Positions 38,577 through 52,621 of a stretch of 64,000 bases of DNA are shown here, piece by piece. Numbering within the stretch: position 1 is the first letter of the stretch; each line of letters starts with the position of its first letter. Under the pieces are notes generated by a model. It worked only from the letters and a program-made list of their open reading frames with translations. It made no database searches and was not told the DNA's origin. A program made the position numbers and the translations under genes. Source of the DNA: Eledone cirrhosa (Eukaryota); NCBI GenBank assembly GCA_964016885.1, contig OZ024741.1, positions 2,046,001-2,110,000 of the forward strand, read 5' to 3'.

Positions 38577-38917
38577 ATAAGTTGACGTGACTAGCATAGG
38601 TTTCACTGCTAGTACCGGTTGCATCTCAACGTATTCAATAGGTAATGTTAAATAAATTCCCAGAGTAGACACATAGTTATTCGCTTCACTACAACACACG
38701 TAAATGGGTACCTTCAATCGATACTCGAACTTGAGTTTCAGCTACACTTAATGCAGCAATAGAGTGAACACCATCCACTGTCTGCATTTATTATGCAACA
38801 ATGTACAATCGGTGCATACGGCTTCATCAGCAGGTTTCGCCTAATATATATATATATATTAGACAGTGAGGTTTTTTTTTACAAAATGAAAAATAACCGA
38901 AGTGTCCTACACGAGTG

Positions 38918-39200
38918 AAAGTATAAAGAAAAAAAGATGAAATCGAAAATGCAACTGGAGTCTTATTTAAAAATATATATATATATTTATTTGGTTCCTT
39001 TACCGGTTTCGCAGTTCTTCTGCTTTTCAAAGGTAGAGTTAAGATGGAGGGTCTGGTTTTTCTCACAGACCCTCCATCTGAACTCTACATTTGAAAAGCA
39101 CAAGAACTGCGGAACCGGTAAAGGAACCAAATAAATATATATATATTTTTTAAAAAATAAGACTCCAGTTGCATTTTCGATTTCATCTTTTTTTCTTTAT
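38918..39200. repeat. Fold-back palindrome (~135-bp arms) with degenerate hammerhead-like core
   Basis: Arms 38918-39055 and 39066-39200. The left arm on the minus strand reads cct-TTGAAAA-gcag..ctgc-GAAA-ccgg-TA-aagg. Confidence 0.8.
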
Positions 39201-41664
39201 ATATATATATATATATATAGTGGACAGACATCTGTAGATTTACCTCTGGTGCATCACTGTAAATATAGCCAGTGTTACATGGGATCCTTATTAATCAGTT
39301 ACTTCAAATATATGAAAGATGCAACGCAATGAATGTTAAACTTGAGAGGAGAAGACAAAATTACGGATATTTTATAGGAAATAGCAAAGATAAGAAAATA
39401 TATGAAACTGGTTCATATCTGTTGTTAGAATTATGTTGTTATTATTATGTTGTTAGTATCATGTTGTTATGTTGTTATATGTTGTTAACATGTTAAGATA
39501 TGTTTTAATGATAGGTTAATATTGGAACAGTTACAAAGAGAGGTTGGCAGAGAGCGAGAAAAAGGAATAGAATGAATGAGAGAGAAAGACAGAGGGAGAA
39601 AGAGAAAGAGAGAGAGAGGGGGGGGGGTCTATCGGTTCTTCCATTACTTATCATTTATCTATTTATGTAGTTAGACATTTCTTTAGACTTCAACTGAAAG
39701 TAACTATTACAGATATTGACTACAATGTCATTTGAATACAGAATGTAAAGGCATGAATCCCTATAACAGTAAGACAGTTTATCTGTCAGTCCCGGGGTTT
39801 GACCTACACCACTTCTCTTTAAATAAACCCTATAACAGTAAGACAGTTTATCAGTCCTAGGGTCTCGATTAAAACACTGATCTTTAAATAAATAAATAAA
39901 GACATTAATAATAATGGTAACGCATTATGAATATGAGGTAGTTACACATGATGAAAGGACAATAAAATATAATTAATATATACTGCACTCTGGTGAACTA
40001 TTTTGAAACAAATATGAAAATATCCTTAATTCCCTGCCTTTTATATGCTTGGCTCATCATAAGAAAACAAAATATTGCCTTACACACCTTGGAAGAATAC
40101 CTGCCATGATTGTTTTGTTTAATTGTTTTTCATGGTTTCGCCAGGAAGAGAGGAGCAGTGCCTATGCACCCTTTCAAGGGTTCCATCACTGGTGAGAGGA
40201 AGGTGTCCTTAAATCAGAGACATATCACGAATTACTTACATCAGTGTGAACTCTGCCAAAGGTAACCAAGGGCCAAATGGTGGTGTTAAGCAGGGCGACG
40301 GATATGTCGGAACAAATACCGCATGGCACTTTGTCCGACGCTCTTACAATCCCACCAAAACAACGCTCTAGGTCAGTGTTTTACTGATCCTAAAAGGAAG
40401 ACAGGTAGAGTTGTCTTCATGAGATTTAAAATCGAAAAACAGAGAGACGGAATATCTACTGCAGGGCATTATTTTGACCTATGCTCCACCACCCCTGCTA
40501 ATATCTCGCAAAAAGAGTTTATTTGCTCACTGTAGAGAGTGAGAGAAAAATATGTTTTTAAAACTAATTAAGCAATGTACCAGTAATACACTGGTTAATT
40601 GCTGGCCTTGTGCCAAAAGTAGAAACAATTATGTAATATAGTAGCATTGTTATGTAATATTCATAGAGTAGCCTAATTCTAATGATATTAATTTATAGAT
40701 AAGGAAAGCAATAATGCGTGGACACACTGATAGTTGTCAATAAAAGAGAGGTTCAAGTTGTACAACCAACGACACTATTATTACAATATATAGTTCAAGG
40801 AGTGAATATACTGCAGACATTTATTCCATTAAAAGTCATTACATGATATGACCAGCAGATTACTGTGTGTTATCACAACAACACAGCAAACTAATCACTG
40901 GGGCGATATTTTAAACAGACTTCCACAATTTCCGTCACCCCAAATTCATTCACAAGACTTTGGTTGAACCGAATCTATAGTAAATGATTTTTGATGTAGA
41001 GTGTAATGAGCTTCAACAATTTATATATATATATATATATGAAAAATGTACGAAGTCAAACTTCCAGCTTTTAAGCGCTCTCCGAAAATTGTTTCTTTAA
41101 TTATTGTTGAATACTTCATATTGGTGAAATCATGTTGCTATATTAAGCATTGCCACCAAACCCAGCCAGCCAGTCATTGCTGCACTCAGTTGCTGGCGTG
41201 GGATACGGGAACCAAATTGAAAGTTTAGAAGTTAGGTTGACTTTTGGAAGCCTCTCAAAGGACTGATGGCTGAGGAGAGTTCCCTTGTCAGGAATTAGCT
41301 GGTTATGGATTTATTATTAATCGATGACCAGCGGATTCTCCACGGAATTCGAAACAACACTATACTTGCTTAGATTTTTGTATTCCGTGGGTTTTTGTGC
41401 GCTAAACTAAATATTGGCTGTTTCAATTAATGAAATTGTGAGTACTTTAACGTTTTCATTTGTTAATCTGTTTTCAAAGCTTAGGCTTCTGGCTGGGATG
41501 TTGTCTTACAATAAGTCCAATGCATGTGTTCCAAATGAATTTGTTGAGCAAATTGGAAACAACGAGATCGAAATAATTGGATATTGATCTAAATCCTTAT
41601 TATATATAAGTATAGAGAATGATGTACTTAAACGCAGAGATGCTATATAAATAGCTTATAAAAT

Positions 41665-41780
<116 letters not shown>

Positions 41781-42012
41781 GTATAAACGTGTGTGTGTGT
41801 ATGACACACGTGCTTTCTTCCACTTCTCACACACACGTCTATCTTTATATTTCTTCTATAATTTCTCCTTCTATCTTCTGATAAAGAACTAATATCCGAA
41901 ACGTTCAAACAGTTTTCCTTCTATATCAAACGTTAAACCAATATATATCTCCATTGTACCGTATGGATTTACTGCCCTGCTTATCCATTTAATTTTGACG
42001 AGTATATATTCA

Positions 42013-42105
<93 letters not shown>

Positions 42106-42111
<6 letters not shown>

Positions 42112-42412
42112 ATTAAGTCAAATATTTAAAATTTGGCTTCGTTTATTATTAGAGATGTACTGCTATATATATTTCGGTGACAGCCATCAGGATTCCAGTT
42201 CCTCAGAGAAATAACAACCCAACCAGGAGCTGGACATATCGGAGTATTGACGGAGTAAAACACTTCAACAACATGTGTATCTGTCTCTACCACACCAATT
42301 CGGACTGCCTGAAGAGGTCACAGCCAATGATGGCTGTCACCGAAATATATATAGCAGTACATCTTTAATAATAAACGAAGCCAAATTTTAAATATTTGAC
42401 TTAATTATTTTA
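42106..42412 (+). mobile_element. Non-coding mini-PLE with inverted ends
   Basis: 42106-42189 is the reverse complement of 42328-42411; hammerhead at 42304-42358. Confidence 0.75.
42304..42358 (+). ncRNA. Type I hammerhead ribozyme motif
   Basis: actgc-CTGAAGA-ggtcacagcca-atga-tggctgtcacc-GAAA-tatata-TA-gcagt. Confidence 0.8.
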
Positions 42413-42506
42413 CATTACACCGGAGTAACCAAACCAACATGCGTACTTCGTCGACTGCTCCAATCTGCATACTGAGGTGTCGGTAAACAACCAACATATA
42501 CTCAAA

Positions 42507-42551
<45 letters not shown>

Positions 42552-42831
42552 TTAATCACCTCATATATATATATATATTTATTTATTTATTAAAATAACA
42601 GATTGAAGTTTAAGAAAAAAGAATCGCTGCTTTCACCCTATATATCTGATATATATTTATCCTTAACGAACCCTCTTTGGATTTTAGTCTTCAAATTTAT
42701 TATTATTACTATATATAAATATATATATATATATATATTGCGGTGTTCGCATAGCTACGGCTGCCTAAAATTGTATTTCTTTCGAAATACGAAATTTCTA
42801 TACATATTGTATTGAGGTGAAATCGTATTTC

Positions 42832-42905
<74 letters not shown>

Positions 42906-43279
42906 TATTTATGCATGACTGTCTGCATGCATTTCTCTGTGGTGCAGCATTCTGCATATGCGTGTAGATGTCATATTATTATGTGTGTATAAAAAGATTC
43001 CGTCCTTCCTTGAAGAAATAGGAGACATCATAACAATTGTTTTCATTATTAAAGAATAAACATAAATAAAATGAAGGATATTATATATATGTCACTTCAT
43101 CTCATATATTCTACCATTTCTCTTGGGTGATGCTATTCCACCATTCCTTCCCCTCCTCGCTCCCTCCATTGTCAATCACCTCCTCCCCTCCAAAATATTG
43201 CCTCTTCTTTTATTCGAAATATGAGACAAGAAAAACAATTTAATCCACCCCGCCATCCTATTTTAAAACTGATAATTGG

Positions 43280-43340
<61 letters not shown>

Positions 43341-43520
43341 TCATCATCATTTTACGCCCGCTTTTCCCTGCTTGCAGTAGTAAAAGGTAGGTAATAATCC
43401 AAGGCACAGAGCAACTCAATTCCATAGGGCAAGTTTGAATATAATTATTAAGGCCAGTTATTACAACGGCGCCATACCAAGTACGTACGTTTCGTTGGTC
43501 CTGAGTAACTGATCTTAATA

Positions 43521-43562
<42 letters not shown>

Positions 43563-43826
43563 TCATAATTTACTATAGTCTTAAACTACAGTTTTAAAAT
43601 TCTTATGTGTTTGTTCGTAAGAAGAAGGCATAGAAATATAGTAAGATAAAGTACTTAATAATATGAAAATAAAGTGCTTTAAAATATTTAGTAATTAGTT
43701 TTGATTCTAAGAAATACATCTCGTTTGGTTGAAGAATATAACAAGTTGCCATGAGATTCCTCCAGTGTCTAAACAGAGATAACTATGTCGATTAATCAGC
43801 AATTTACACACACACACACACACTCA

Positions 43827-43890
<64 letters not shown>

Positions 43891-45033
43891 CATATACATA
43901 TATAATTCAGGCAATGTTGAAACTATATTTATTTGCCTTCTTTTTTATTTTAATTTTCCCTTTTTTTACAAACTTATATTCATACAATATTTTAGAAATT
44001 TTCATTTTATAAATTGTTATAAAAACACACACACTCACACACACAAACACAAACACACATTTGTATGCACCCTCGGACACGCACGAAGTGGGCAATGGAA
44101 TGGTGTTGCAAAATTGGTAGAGCGTCAAAGTAATTGTCTTCGGCCTTTCTCCGTGGTTCATTTTACCTGTCCTCTGTCAGTTGGTTGATAAATATAAAAA
44201 TAACAATAAAAGTAAAAATAAAATAAAATAAAATAAAATAAATTACCAGTGAAATACAGGGAGAAAGATTTAATCAACCTTAAAGCTCTCCCCACAAATA
44301 TGTGGCCTTCAGCCTATGCAAGATATTAATAATTATTACTATAAAAAAAAGGAAAAGAAAAAAGGCCTGTGGAGGTTATGGCAGAATTGGTAGAGCGTTG
44401 GACAACTTGCGAGAATTCAGTTACGTCTCTTTACGTTCTGAGTTCAAATCCTGCCCAGGTTTCACTTTACTTTTTTTTTTCTCCCTCCTTCCGAAGAATT
44501 TGTTTTTATAAAAAATTTTCAAATGTAAATTAGCGTTGAAGTATATAAGTAGATCGATTTAATCGAATGTAACACCACGCCACACACACACCACCACAAC
44601 CACCTTCAACACCAAATATGTGGCTTGGTGACAATGTTATAATCGTTATTAAAAACACACACACATACACACACTTGCTCTCTCTCACACACAATATTTT
44701 ATAATTGTTTTCCGTTACATCCGTGCCTTCTCCTCATGAATGTTGATGGAAACTTTAAAAAAAAAAAAAATTAAAAGTAGAGAATTACCCCTCCCCTTCC
44801 CCATTGGTCTATAAAAACATCCGGGACCTGCTTCGACTTTCTTTGTTTATTCATCAAATGTATTTTTTGGTTTTTGTTTGTTTTGTTTGTTTTTTTTTGT
44901 TTTTAATATTTCCCATTTTTGCAGGTCAATTTTTTCCGATTCTTTCTTTTCTTTTCTTTTCTTTTCATGATCAGCTGATCATTTTAGGCAGTTTGACACC
45001 ATCTTGCAATTAAATGTTACTAGATGTATGGCG

Positions 45034-45262
45034 TCATTCCGGTGATACGCTCGTCACATGACCACCTTCTTTGTCGTTATCTTCACTGCCACCAGTATTA
45101 TTCCCATTTCGGGAGCCATTCTTCCCCTTTCTGTTTGGCTCTCGGAATGGGCAGTCTGCTATCAGATGTTCCGTTGACTTGCAAAAATGACATCGTTTAG
45201 GTAAAGGTCCGTGTGGACATTTTTTGGCTATATGATTTCCAAGGTCACCACAGTTGTAACAC
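45034..45262 (-). CDS. lin-28: Last coding exon of Lin-28 (two CCHC zinc knuckles)
   Basis: After a pyrimidine tract and acceptor (ttttactctccatAG, AG at 45264-45263): g-CYNCGDLGNHIAKKCPHGPLPKRCHFCKSTEHLIADCPFREP...SPE*. This matches the Lin-28 double knuckle (human CYNCGGLDHHAKECKLPPQPKKCHFCQSISHMVASCP). Not in the ORF track. Confidence 0.9.
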
Positions 45263-45437
45263 CTATGGAGAGTAAAAATAGCGAGAATTTTTAGAAAAAG
45301 GCATTTTTAAAAAATATCGACATTTAACAAAAGACGAAATAAAAACGAATCATTACATGAGACAATTTAATATTGAATATATTTGAAATAGGAAGAGAAG
45401 GCGGTCCCCTACCTCACTCTTTACTACAGCAATAAAG

Positions 45438-45502
<65 letters not shown>

Positions 45503-45921
45503 TATATATAAAATATATGTGCATATATATATGTATATGTGTATGTATATATATATATATATATATATATAGTGAATATATGTATGTGTATATATATATA
45601 GTGAATATCATTTCACACCTTTTATTGTTAAGATTTTTGATGTTCTATTAAGAGAACCGATTTTACTGAAAAAATCGAATAATGTACACCATTTTACCAG
45701 GGGGAAAAAAATACTGGTCCACCCACACACACACACATATATACACACACACATACACACGCGTACATCAACATACAAAGAGACTTATATATACACACAC
45801 ACACACGCACTTCTCCGTATAAGACAAAAGCTGAAAAATATCTTTTGACATGCTAAAATACCCCCCATTGCTTTCAGACACATTCTTACTGACCATCCCT
45901 GTCACCACGAATTACTCTGCT

Positions 45922-46003
<82 letters not shown>

Positions 46004-46126
46004 ATCTTAATAGCCATTTGACACACATCGCTGCTAACCATTATCACAACATCGAACACCTTACTACTACTACACACACACACACACACACACACACATA
46101 TTTGTTGTGAAAGAGTCATTTCTCAA

Positions 46127-46344
46127 TCTTGGCGCAAAACCAATTTTTTATTCACATGACCTCTACCGACCAATCAAAATTGTTTTGACCACAAGAATTT
46201 TTGCTGGAGCTACTTTTTTAACATAAAAACAGTCTTGGCGCAAAATCAATTTTTTACATTCACATGACCTCTACCGACCAATCAAAATTGTTTTGACCAC
46301 AAGAATTTTTGCAAATTGGAGCCACTTTTTTAACATAAAAACAG
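46127..46344 (+). repeat. Tandem duplication of ~107 bp
   Basis: TCTTGGCGCAAAA..GACCAATCAAAA..CATAAAAACAG occurs twice. Confidence 0.85.
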
Positions 46345-46595
46345 GTAGAATTCCCAAAACTAATCAGATCAGAGCAAAGAGCACGGACACTATCTCAAAA
46401 TTATTTCTGAAAAGCATTTAGAAATGCGCAACCGGTAAAAACTTAAAAACTTAAAACCACAACTGAATACTAACCCATACAATCACTAATACTCTTTTAT
46501 TCCTAATTAAACCATTTTTCAACTGTGAACAATTTGTCAGCATTTTCTATTCCGTTTACCAATATATATATATATATATATACATATGTATATAT

Positions 46596-46647
<52 letters not shown>

Positions 46648-46652
<5 letters not shown>

Positions 46653-46849
46653 AACGAGTAGGACCCCGACGGCTGAGCTCAAGCCGTTTCGACGGCTAGT
46701 TCTGGACAGAACTAGTCCAGAACTAGCCGTCGAAACGGCTTGAGCTCTGCCGTCGGGTCCTACTCGTTCCTATTACCCACTCTACTACCCTAAGTATTGA
46801 GTACTTTGGTGCGTTATGGTCCACCTGGTTCCTTACCACATTTCCTTCG

Positions 46850-46852
<3 letters not shown>
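46648..46852 (+). repeat. Fold-back palindrome of the PLE B 3' end
   Basis: 46648-46707 is the reverse complement of about 46715-46773, then the B terminus continues. Contains the hammerhead 3' half GAAA-cggc..gccg-TC-ggg. Confidence 0.85.
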
Positions 46853-46890
<38 letters not shown>

Positions 46891-47356
46891 TTCCTTCAGT
46901 AGAGCTAATTTTAATCCCATATTAACGGCTGTTATTTCTAGCGCCATGAATATGAGATAGCTAGTGAGCTGGAAAAACCGAGTGCAAAACCTCCTGCGTT
47001 TTGTGCTCGTGAACCAGACCATCAACATTTTTTCGAGGTGAAGTAACCTAATTTTTCTGGGTACCTGTTAATAAGCACAGAGAATTGATTATTTCACTTT
47101 TTATACTATCGTTTGCGAAACTTGTTTGGATTTTGAAGTTCAGATTGATCTGCGGAAAAGGTTTGGATTTTGAAATTTAAATTTGTCCAGGTACCACGGC
47201 TATTTGCCAATATGAGTTTGTGTCTATTGATTTATCATTTTAAATCGATACAGGCAAACTATATTTATTTGAATTAGTTTATTTCATTCTAGCTAACTTC
47301 GTCTTTTACAATACAAACACTTACGTGTTTATCATATATTAATTTATATTAACTTG

Positions 47357-47396
<40 letters not shown>

Positions 47397-47814
47397 CGTG
47401 TGTGTATATATGTATATATATACATACAACTAACAACAATACTACTACTACTATAACTACCACTCTCTACATATATAAGGTGCCATTTTAGACCCAGTCT
47501 TCGCAACAAGAAAGACGAACAGATATTTTCAACACTCAATTTTAATTTTTTTTTATTTTTAATTCTTTTTATTTCTTTTTAATTGTAATATTCAATATTT
47601 GATAAGATGGTTTACACTGATACATCGAAACCAGTTGTCTTATATATTTTATATACATTATAAAACTCCTTTTTTTTAAAGAATTGTTCCTCTCAATTTT
47701 TCAATAATGTTACTTTGACGAATCAAAGAAGAAAAAAAGAAAAACAGATCCTTAAATATATTTTCCGTGCTATTTCCAATTCCACTTTTTCTCTATATAT
47801 ACATACATACGCAA

Positions 47815-47930
<116 letters not shown>

Positions 47931-47931
47931 G

Positions 47932-47978
<47 letters not shown>

Positions 47979-48577
47979 TTATATATGTTTATATATATAT
48001 ATATATAATTATATATATATATACACACAGGTTTATATAAACGCATCATGCTATTAAAATTGCTTTATATGCATGTGTATTTGTCTTTTGAATAACTGTC
48101 TATATGTATGTCTATATGTACCTAATGTGTGTTGGTGTGCGCATGCGTGTGACTACTTCCTTTCAAGGGAACTGGCCTTCCAGACCAGGTCAGTCTCGGC
48201 CAATACCATCCCTGATTTCTGTGAGTCATATCATTGAAGGAGTGATGATTCATCAGAGGACAATTCCCGGTCAGGCATCAGTCACACACACACACACACA
48301 CTGTCACACACACACACACACATACACACACAATAACACACCACACACGGACACAGGCACACACGATAACACACCACAGACACACACAGTCACACAGACA
48401 CACACACCACACACACACATCACACAGGCCTTTGCACTCCTAACTCTCCTCGCCTCACCTGGAAGAGACACCACGTGGTCTCCATCCCCCTCACATACAC
48501 ACTTATTATATATTGCTTATTTAACGATGTATGGATAAAAACACACACACACACACACAGATATATATATATACAGG

Positions 48578-48609
<32 letters not shown>

Positions 48610-48927
48610 TTTACATAAATAAATATATAACTTTCTTTATATCCCCTCTCTCTCCTTCTTTCTTATATATATATATATATATATATGAGAAAGAGGGAGA
48701 GAGAGGGGACATGAATATATATAGAGAGAGAGAGTGAGAGGGTGGGGGATATGAATATATATAGAGAGAGTGAGAGAGAGTGAGGGGGCTATATGAATAT
48801 ATATATATAGAGAGAGAGAGAGTGAGAGGGGGGGTGCACAAGACAAGGATAAAAATCAACGGATAAACAAACAGTCCAATCTCTTCATTCAACCGCAGAA
48901 AATCACTTTAGTTTCGATGGTTTAAGG

Positions 48928-48984
<57 letters not shown>

Positions 48985-48986
<2 letters not shown>

Positions 48987-49151
48987 ATTAAAATAACAGA
49001 TTAAAGTTTAAGCAAAGAATCGCTGCTTTCACCCTTGACGGGATCTTCTGAAACTAACAAAGTCAATCTTTGACTTTGTTAGTTTCAGAAGATCCCGTCA
49101 AGGGTGAAAGCAGCGATTCTTTGCTTAAACTTTAATCTGTTATTTTAATAA
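48985..49151. repeat. Perfect fold-back palindrome (~81-bp arms) with hammerhead-like core
   Basis: Centre at about 49068; CAGAAGA-tccc-gtcaa-gggt-GAAA. Related fragment at 42588-42640. Confidence 0.85.
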
Positions 49152-49417
49152 ATATTTGCTCTACGGTTCTTATATATTTGATATATATTTATCCTTATCG
49201 AGCCCTCTTTGGGAAGAAATGTCCTTAGATAAATATATATATATGTATATATATGTATATATATATATATATTGTAGAGGGTTAATGTTCGACGGTTGAG
49301 CACTTGCCTTTACGACAGCAAGTGCTCAGCCGTTGGACACTCTTCACAATACCTACACTCTACTTTCCAAACAATGTTCTTACTAACTCCCAATCTAAAT
49401 ACATACATATATATATA

Positions 49418-49667
49418 CAGGGTGTCCCACAAAGATGCATACAAAACTAAATCTTTCAAAAGTGCATTAAAATAAATTCTGTTTTCGATGCATACCAGTA
49501 ATGCACTGGAACAATTGCTGGCCTTGTGCCAAACGTCGAAACAACATTTGCATTACAATTGAATATAATTGAATTATGTCAGATCATTTTTAGGAAAGGC
49601 TGTGTATTCTAATAAATATTGCCTGTACAGGTAAACAAAGTATGTCTACATTTTGGGGGACAGCCTG
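49418..49667. mobile_element. Tc1/mariner-type MITE with an inserted SINE tail
   Basis: TA|CAGGGTGTCCCACAAAGATG ... CATTTTGGGGGACAGCCTG|TA: imperfect TIRs with TA flanks. Confidence 0.65.
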
Positions 49668-50268
49668 TATATGTGTACGTGTGTGTTCTGCACAGCTTTT
49701 CCTTGAAACAGTAATATCTATATGTATCCAGACGCTACCATTCTACTACTATTTAGTTATAAAATCCCTTTATGCGCCATTCAAAGACACAACATCACAT
49801 TCTATAAGTTGTAGTATATTGATTTGTCGGTTTGTCACACGGCCAACAAAATTGGGGAATTGCAACCCCGGAATAACGAAAGGCAATGTTGACTTCGGCA
49901 AGATTTGAATTCAGAATGAATAGTTACAATATATTACAATAACGACCAGAATCAGAATATATTCCAGCAACATAAAATCTGCAAGCTACAAAATGTGTTT
50001 CTCTTAAACAATACAATATATAATTTTCAATGTCAACACGCCAGATACAAATTCTATAACCTACAGCTTTTCCATAAGCTAAATAAGTGAGACTCTTGCC
50101 ACACGTTGGGTTGGACATTTATTCACACAGAGGGTTTGCAGGATAGTATATTGCAGTGTACGATACACAAGCAGTCATTGATAGCACTATGTATATATAT
50201 ATATAGATATATAGTGAAACTAATAAACCTTTGTTTGTACTGCCTCTGTTTTGTTCCCGTTCCATTTT

Positions 50269-50303
<35 letters not shown>

Positions 50304-50418
50304 TGTATATATATATATATATATATATACTGTATATATATATAATTGGTGTTGGATGCTTAAAGTGTCCGTATGCGGTAGCCCGTATGAGCACTCGATG
50401 CTCTCATAGAGCAGAGTA

Positions 50419-50594
50419 TGATATCACAGAAAAAAAGAGAATCAGTGTTGCTACGAATGGAATTTATTGGACATATTACAATCGTTTCTCTGGCGACCAG
50501 CTCGTGCCTCGAGCTGGTCGCCAGAGAAACGATTGTAATATGTCCAATAAATTCCATTCGTAGCAACACTGATTCTCTTTTTTTTCGGTGATAT
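50419..50594. repeat. Fold-back palindrome (~86-bp arms) containing a hammerhead 3' half
   Basis: Centre at 50505-50509; the right arm reads ..ccaga-GAAA-cgattg-TA-atat. Confidence 0.85.
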
Positions 50595-50857
50595 ATATAG
50601 GTAAGTTATTCCGGGTTGAATCGGAGGTAACCACAGTAAGTAAGGTACTCAATACATAGCAGAGTATAAAAGTTTTAATATAGATGAGATTCTACAGGAC
50701 TAGAACTCTTTCATTCTTTAGAAATCATCAGGAATCTCGATTTCTAAAGAATGAAACAGTTCTAGTCCTGTATAATCTCATCTATATTATATATATATAT
50801 ATATTCTTCGGAGCTTCCGACTTGTATCTGCCGATATTACTTCTTCTTGTTTTAATT

Positions 50858-50895
50858 GCCCTGATGAGTCCTTAATAGGACGAAACATTGTCGGC
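50858..50895 (+). ncRNA. Minimal type I hammerhead ribozyme motif
   Basis: gcc-CTGATGA-gtcc-ttaata-ggac-GAAA-cattg-TC-ggc. Downstream 50950-51050 recurs at 29878-29975. Confidence 0.88.
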
Positions 50896-51042
50896 TAATA
50901 AAAACTTTTGATGTATTAAAGGCTTCTTTGTTTTACTCTCTTAATTTTTTGGCTCTGTTTAACTGCATTGAGCTATACCTTTTACTGTCATTTCTATAAT
51001 ACGAAGAGGGTGTTTAACTCCAACACGCTCCAGTATTTTAAT

Positions 51043-51131
<89 letters not shown>

Positions 51132-51519
51132 GTGTGTGTGTGTGTGTGTATATATGTAAAAGGTAAACAGAAATAACAACACAATCGATGCAGTATATGG
51201 AAGGAATATATTAGGTTAAAGCTTCGGATGCTAGTCTTTCATCAGAAGAAAGAATGAGAAATAAGATAGATTGAGAGGACGGGCTGGTTGGAATTTGAAA
51301 AAATATCTTTAGATAAAAATAACAGGTCCATTCATGTTGACATCTCTTTAATATATAGTCGAACACTGGAGGGTTATATCTGTAGTAGTAGACCAGTCAG
51401 TCCATGGGACGAGTTTGGTAGAAGTAGTAACACAACAGTTCACCATTACCGAGAATAAGGTGAAACATTTGTTACCGGTATGGTGAACTAATTGTTGTGG
51501 AACTAATTATATATATATA

Positions 51520-52096
51520 CTAGCTAAAGTACCCGTCCTTTGGACGGTTCAAGTAGCTTTCGATGTAGCTCATTAAATTAAACAAAGTAAATTTGAAGAC
51601 ATAGAAGAAAAACGTACTTTATGTAAACGAAAAATTATACAATGTCAAATCTATAACTTAACTTAGTAATCTGTTAGAAATTGTTGGTTGTGAAATATAC
51701 AAAATGATTTTGTTAGTCTCAAGGAAGCGTAACGTTTGTTTCAAGTACAAAGAGTAAAGTAAAATCCGAATGAGCCGAATAATCAAAATCCCAACATCAA
51801 AAATGAGTTCCTATTGAATTGACGAAAGATAACTCTTGTCTTACTTAAAGATAACTCTTATCTTACTTAATCACGAACATTGACACAAATAACCGAAAGT
51901 TTTTAATGTCTCCAAAGGCCCCAATATCGATTTTTGAAAGCCTTTGTAGATCATGTACAGGTTTTATGCAAGGAGAAGCTCTGTAAAAAATTTCAAAGAA
52001 ATCGCATGAATGGTTTAGAATATATGAGCCCTCATTAAAAATTGTCCACACACATACACACACACACAGAAAACTTCATCTTTATATATATACAGA
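51520..52096 (-). mobile_element. Non-autonomous Helitron
   Basis: The minus strand starts TC (52096) and ends CTAG (51523-51520), with a subterminal hairpin CCGTCC-AAA-GGACGG, inserted between A and T. Confidence 0.75.
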
Positions 52097-52302
52097 TATA
52101 CACACATACACCCACCCACACCCACACCCACACACACACACATACACATACATATATATATACACTTGGTTAACACTCTGAGACAGGCTTTGCACAACAC
52201 ACGTTCAAACCATATCTCATTGAGTGAGTAATTGTGAGTAAACGGGCTTATGGCTAATACTAACTATAACCTCGTCAGTATATATACATATATAAATATA
52301 TA

Positions 52303-52517
52303 TAACGAAGGAAGTGTGGTAAGTAACCAGATGGACCATAATGCACCAGAGTACTCGATACTTAGGCTAGTAGAGTGGGTAATAGGAAAAGAGTCAGGAG
52401 CCCGACGGCTGAGCTCCGGCCGTTTCGACAGCTAGATCTGAACTAACACTACTGGGTTAATTCAGATCTAGCTGTCGAAACGGCCGGAGCTTCGCCGTCG
52501 GGTCGTGACCTTTTTCC

Positions 52518-52549
<32 letters not shown>

Positions 52550-52621
52550 CTCTACTACCCCAAGTATCGAGTACTCTGGTACGTTATGGTCCACCTGTTA
52601 TCTTACCACATCCTCTTTGTT
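52303..52621. repeat. Fold-back palindrome of the PLE B-family 3' end
   Basis: Arms about 52303-52445 and 52457-52621; the right arm is interrupted by (TA)n. Confidence 0.8.

Noticed and set aside
40145-40191. Possible 47-nt plus-strand exon (pyrimidine tract-CAG ... GTGAGA)
   Set aside because: The splice-like flanks are unsupported by a recognisable peptide or partner exons.
44370-44470. tRNA-like box A/box B sequence
   Set aside because: It is a SINE head, with no cloverleaf.
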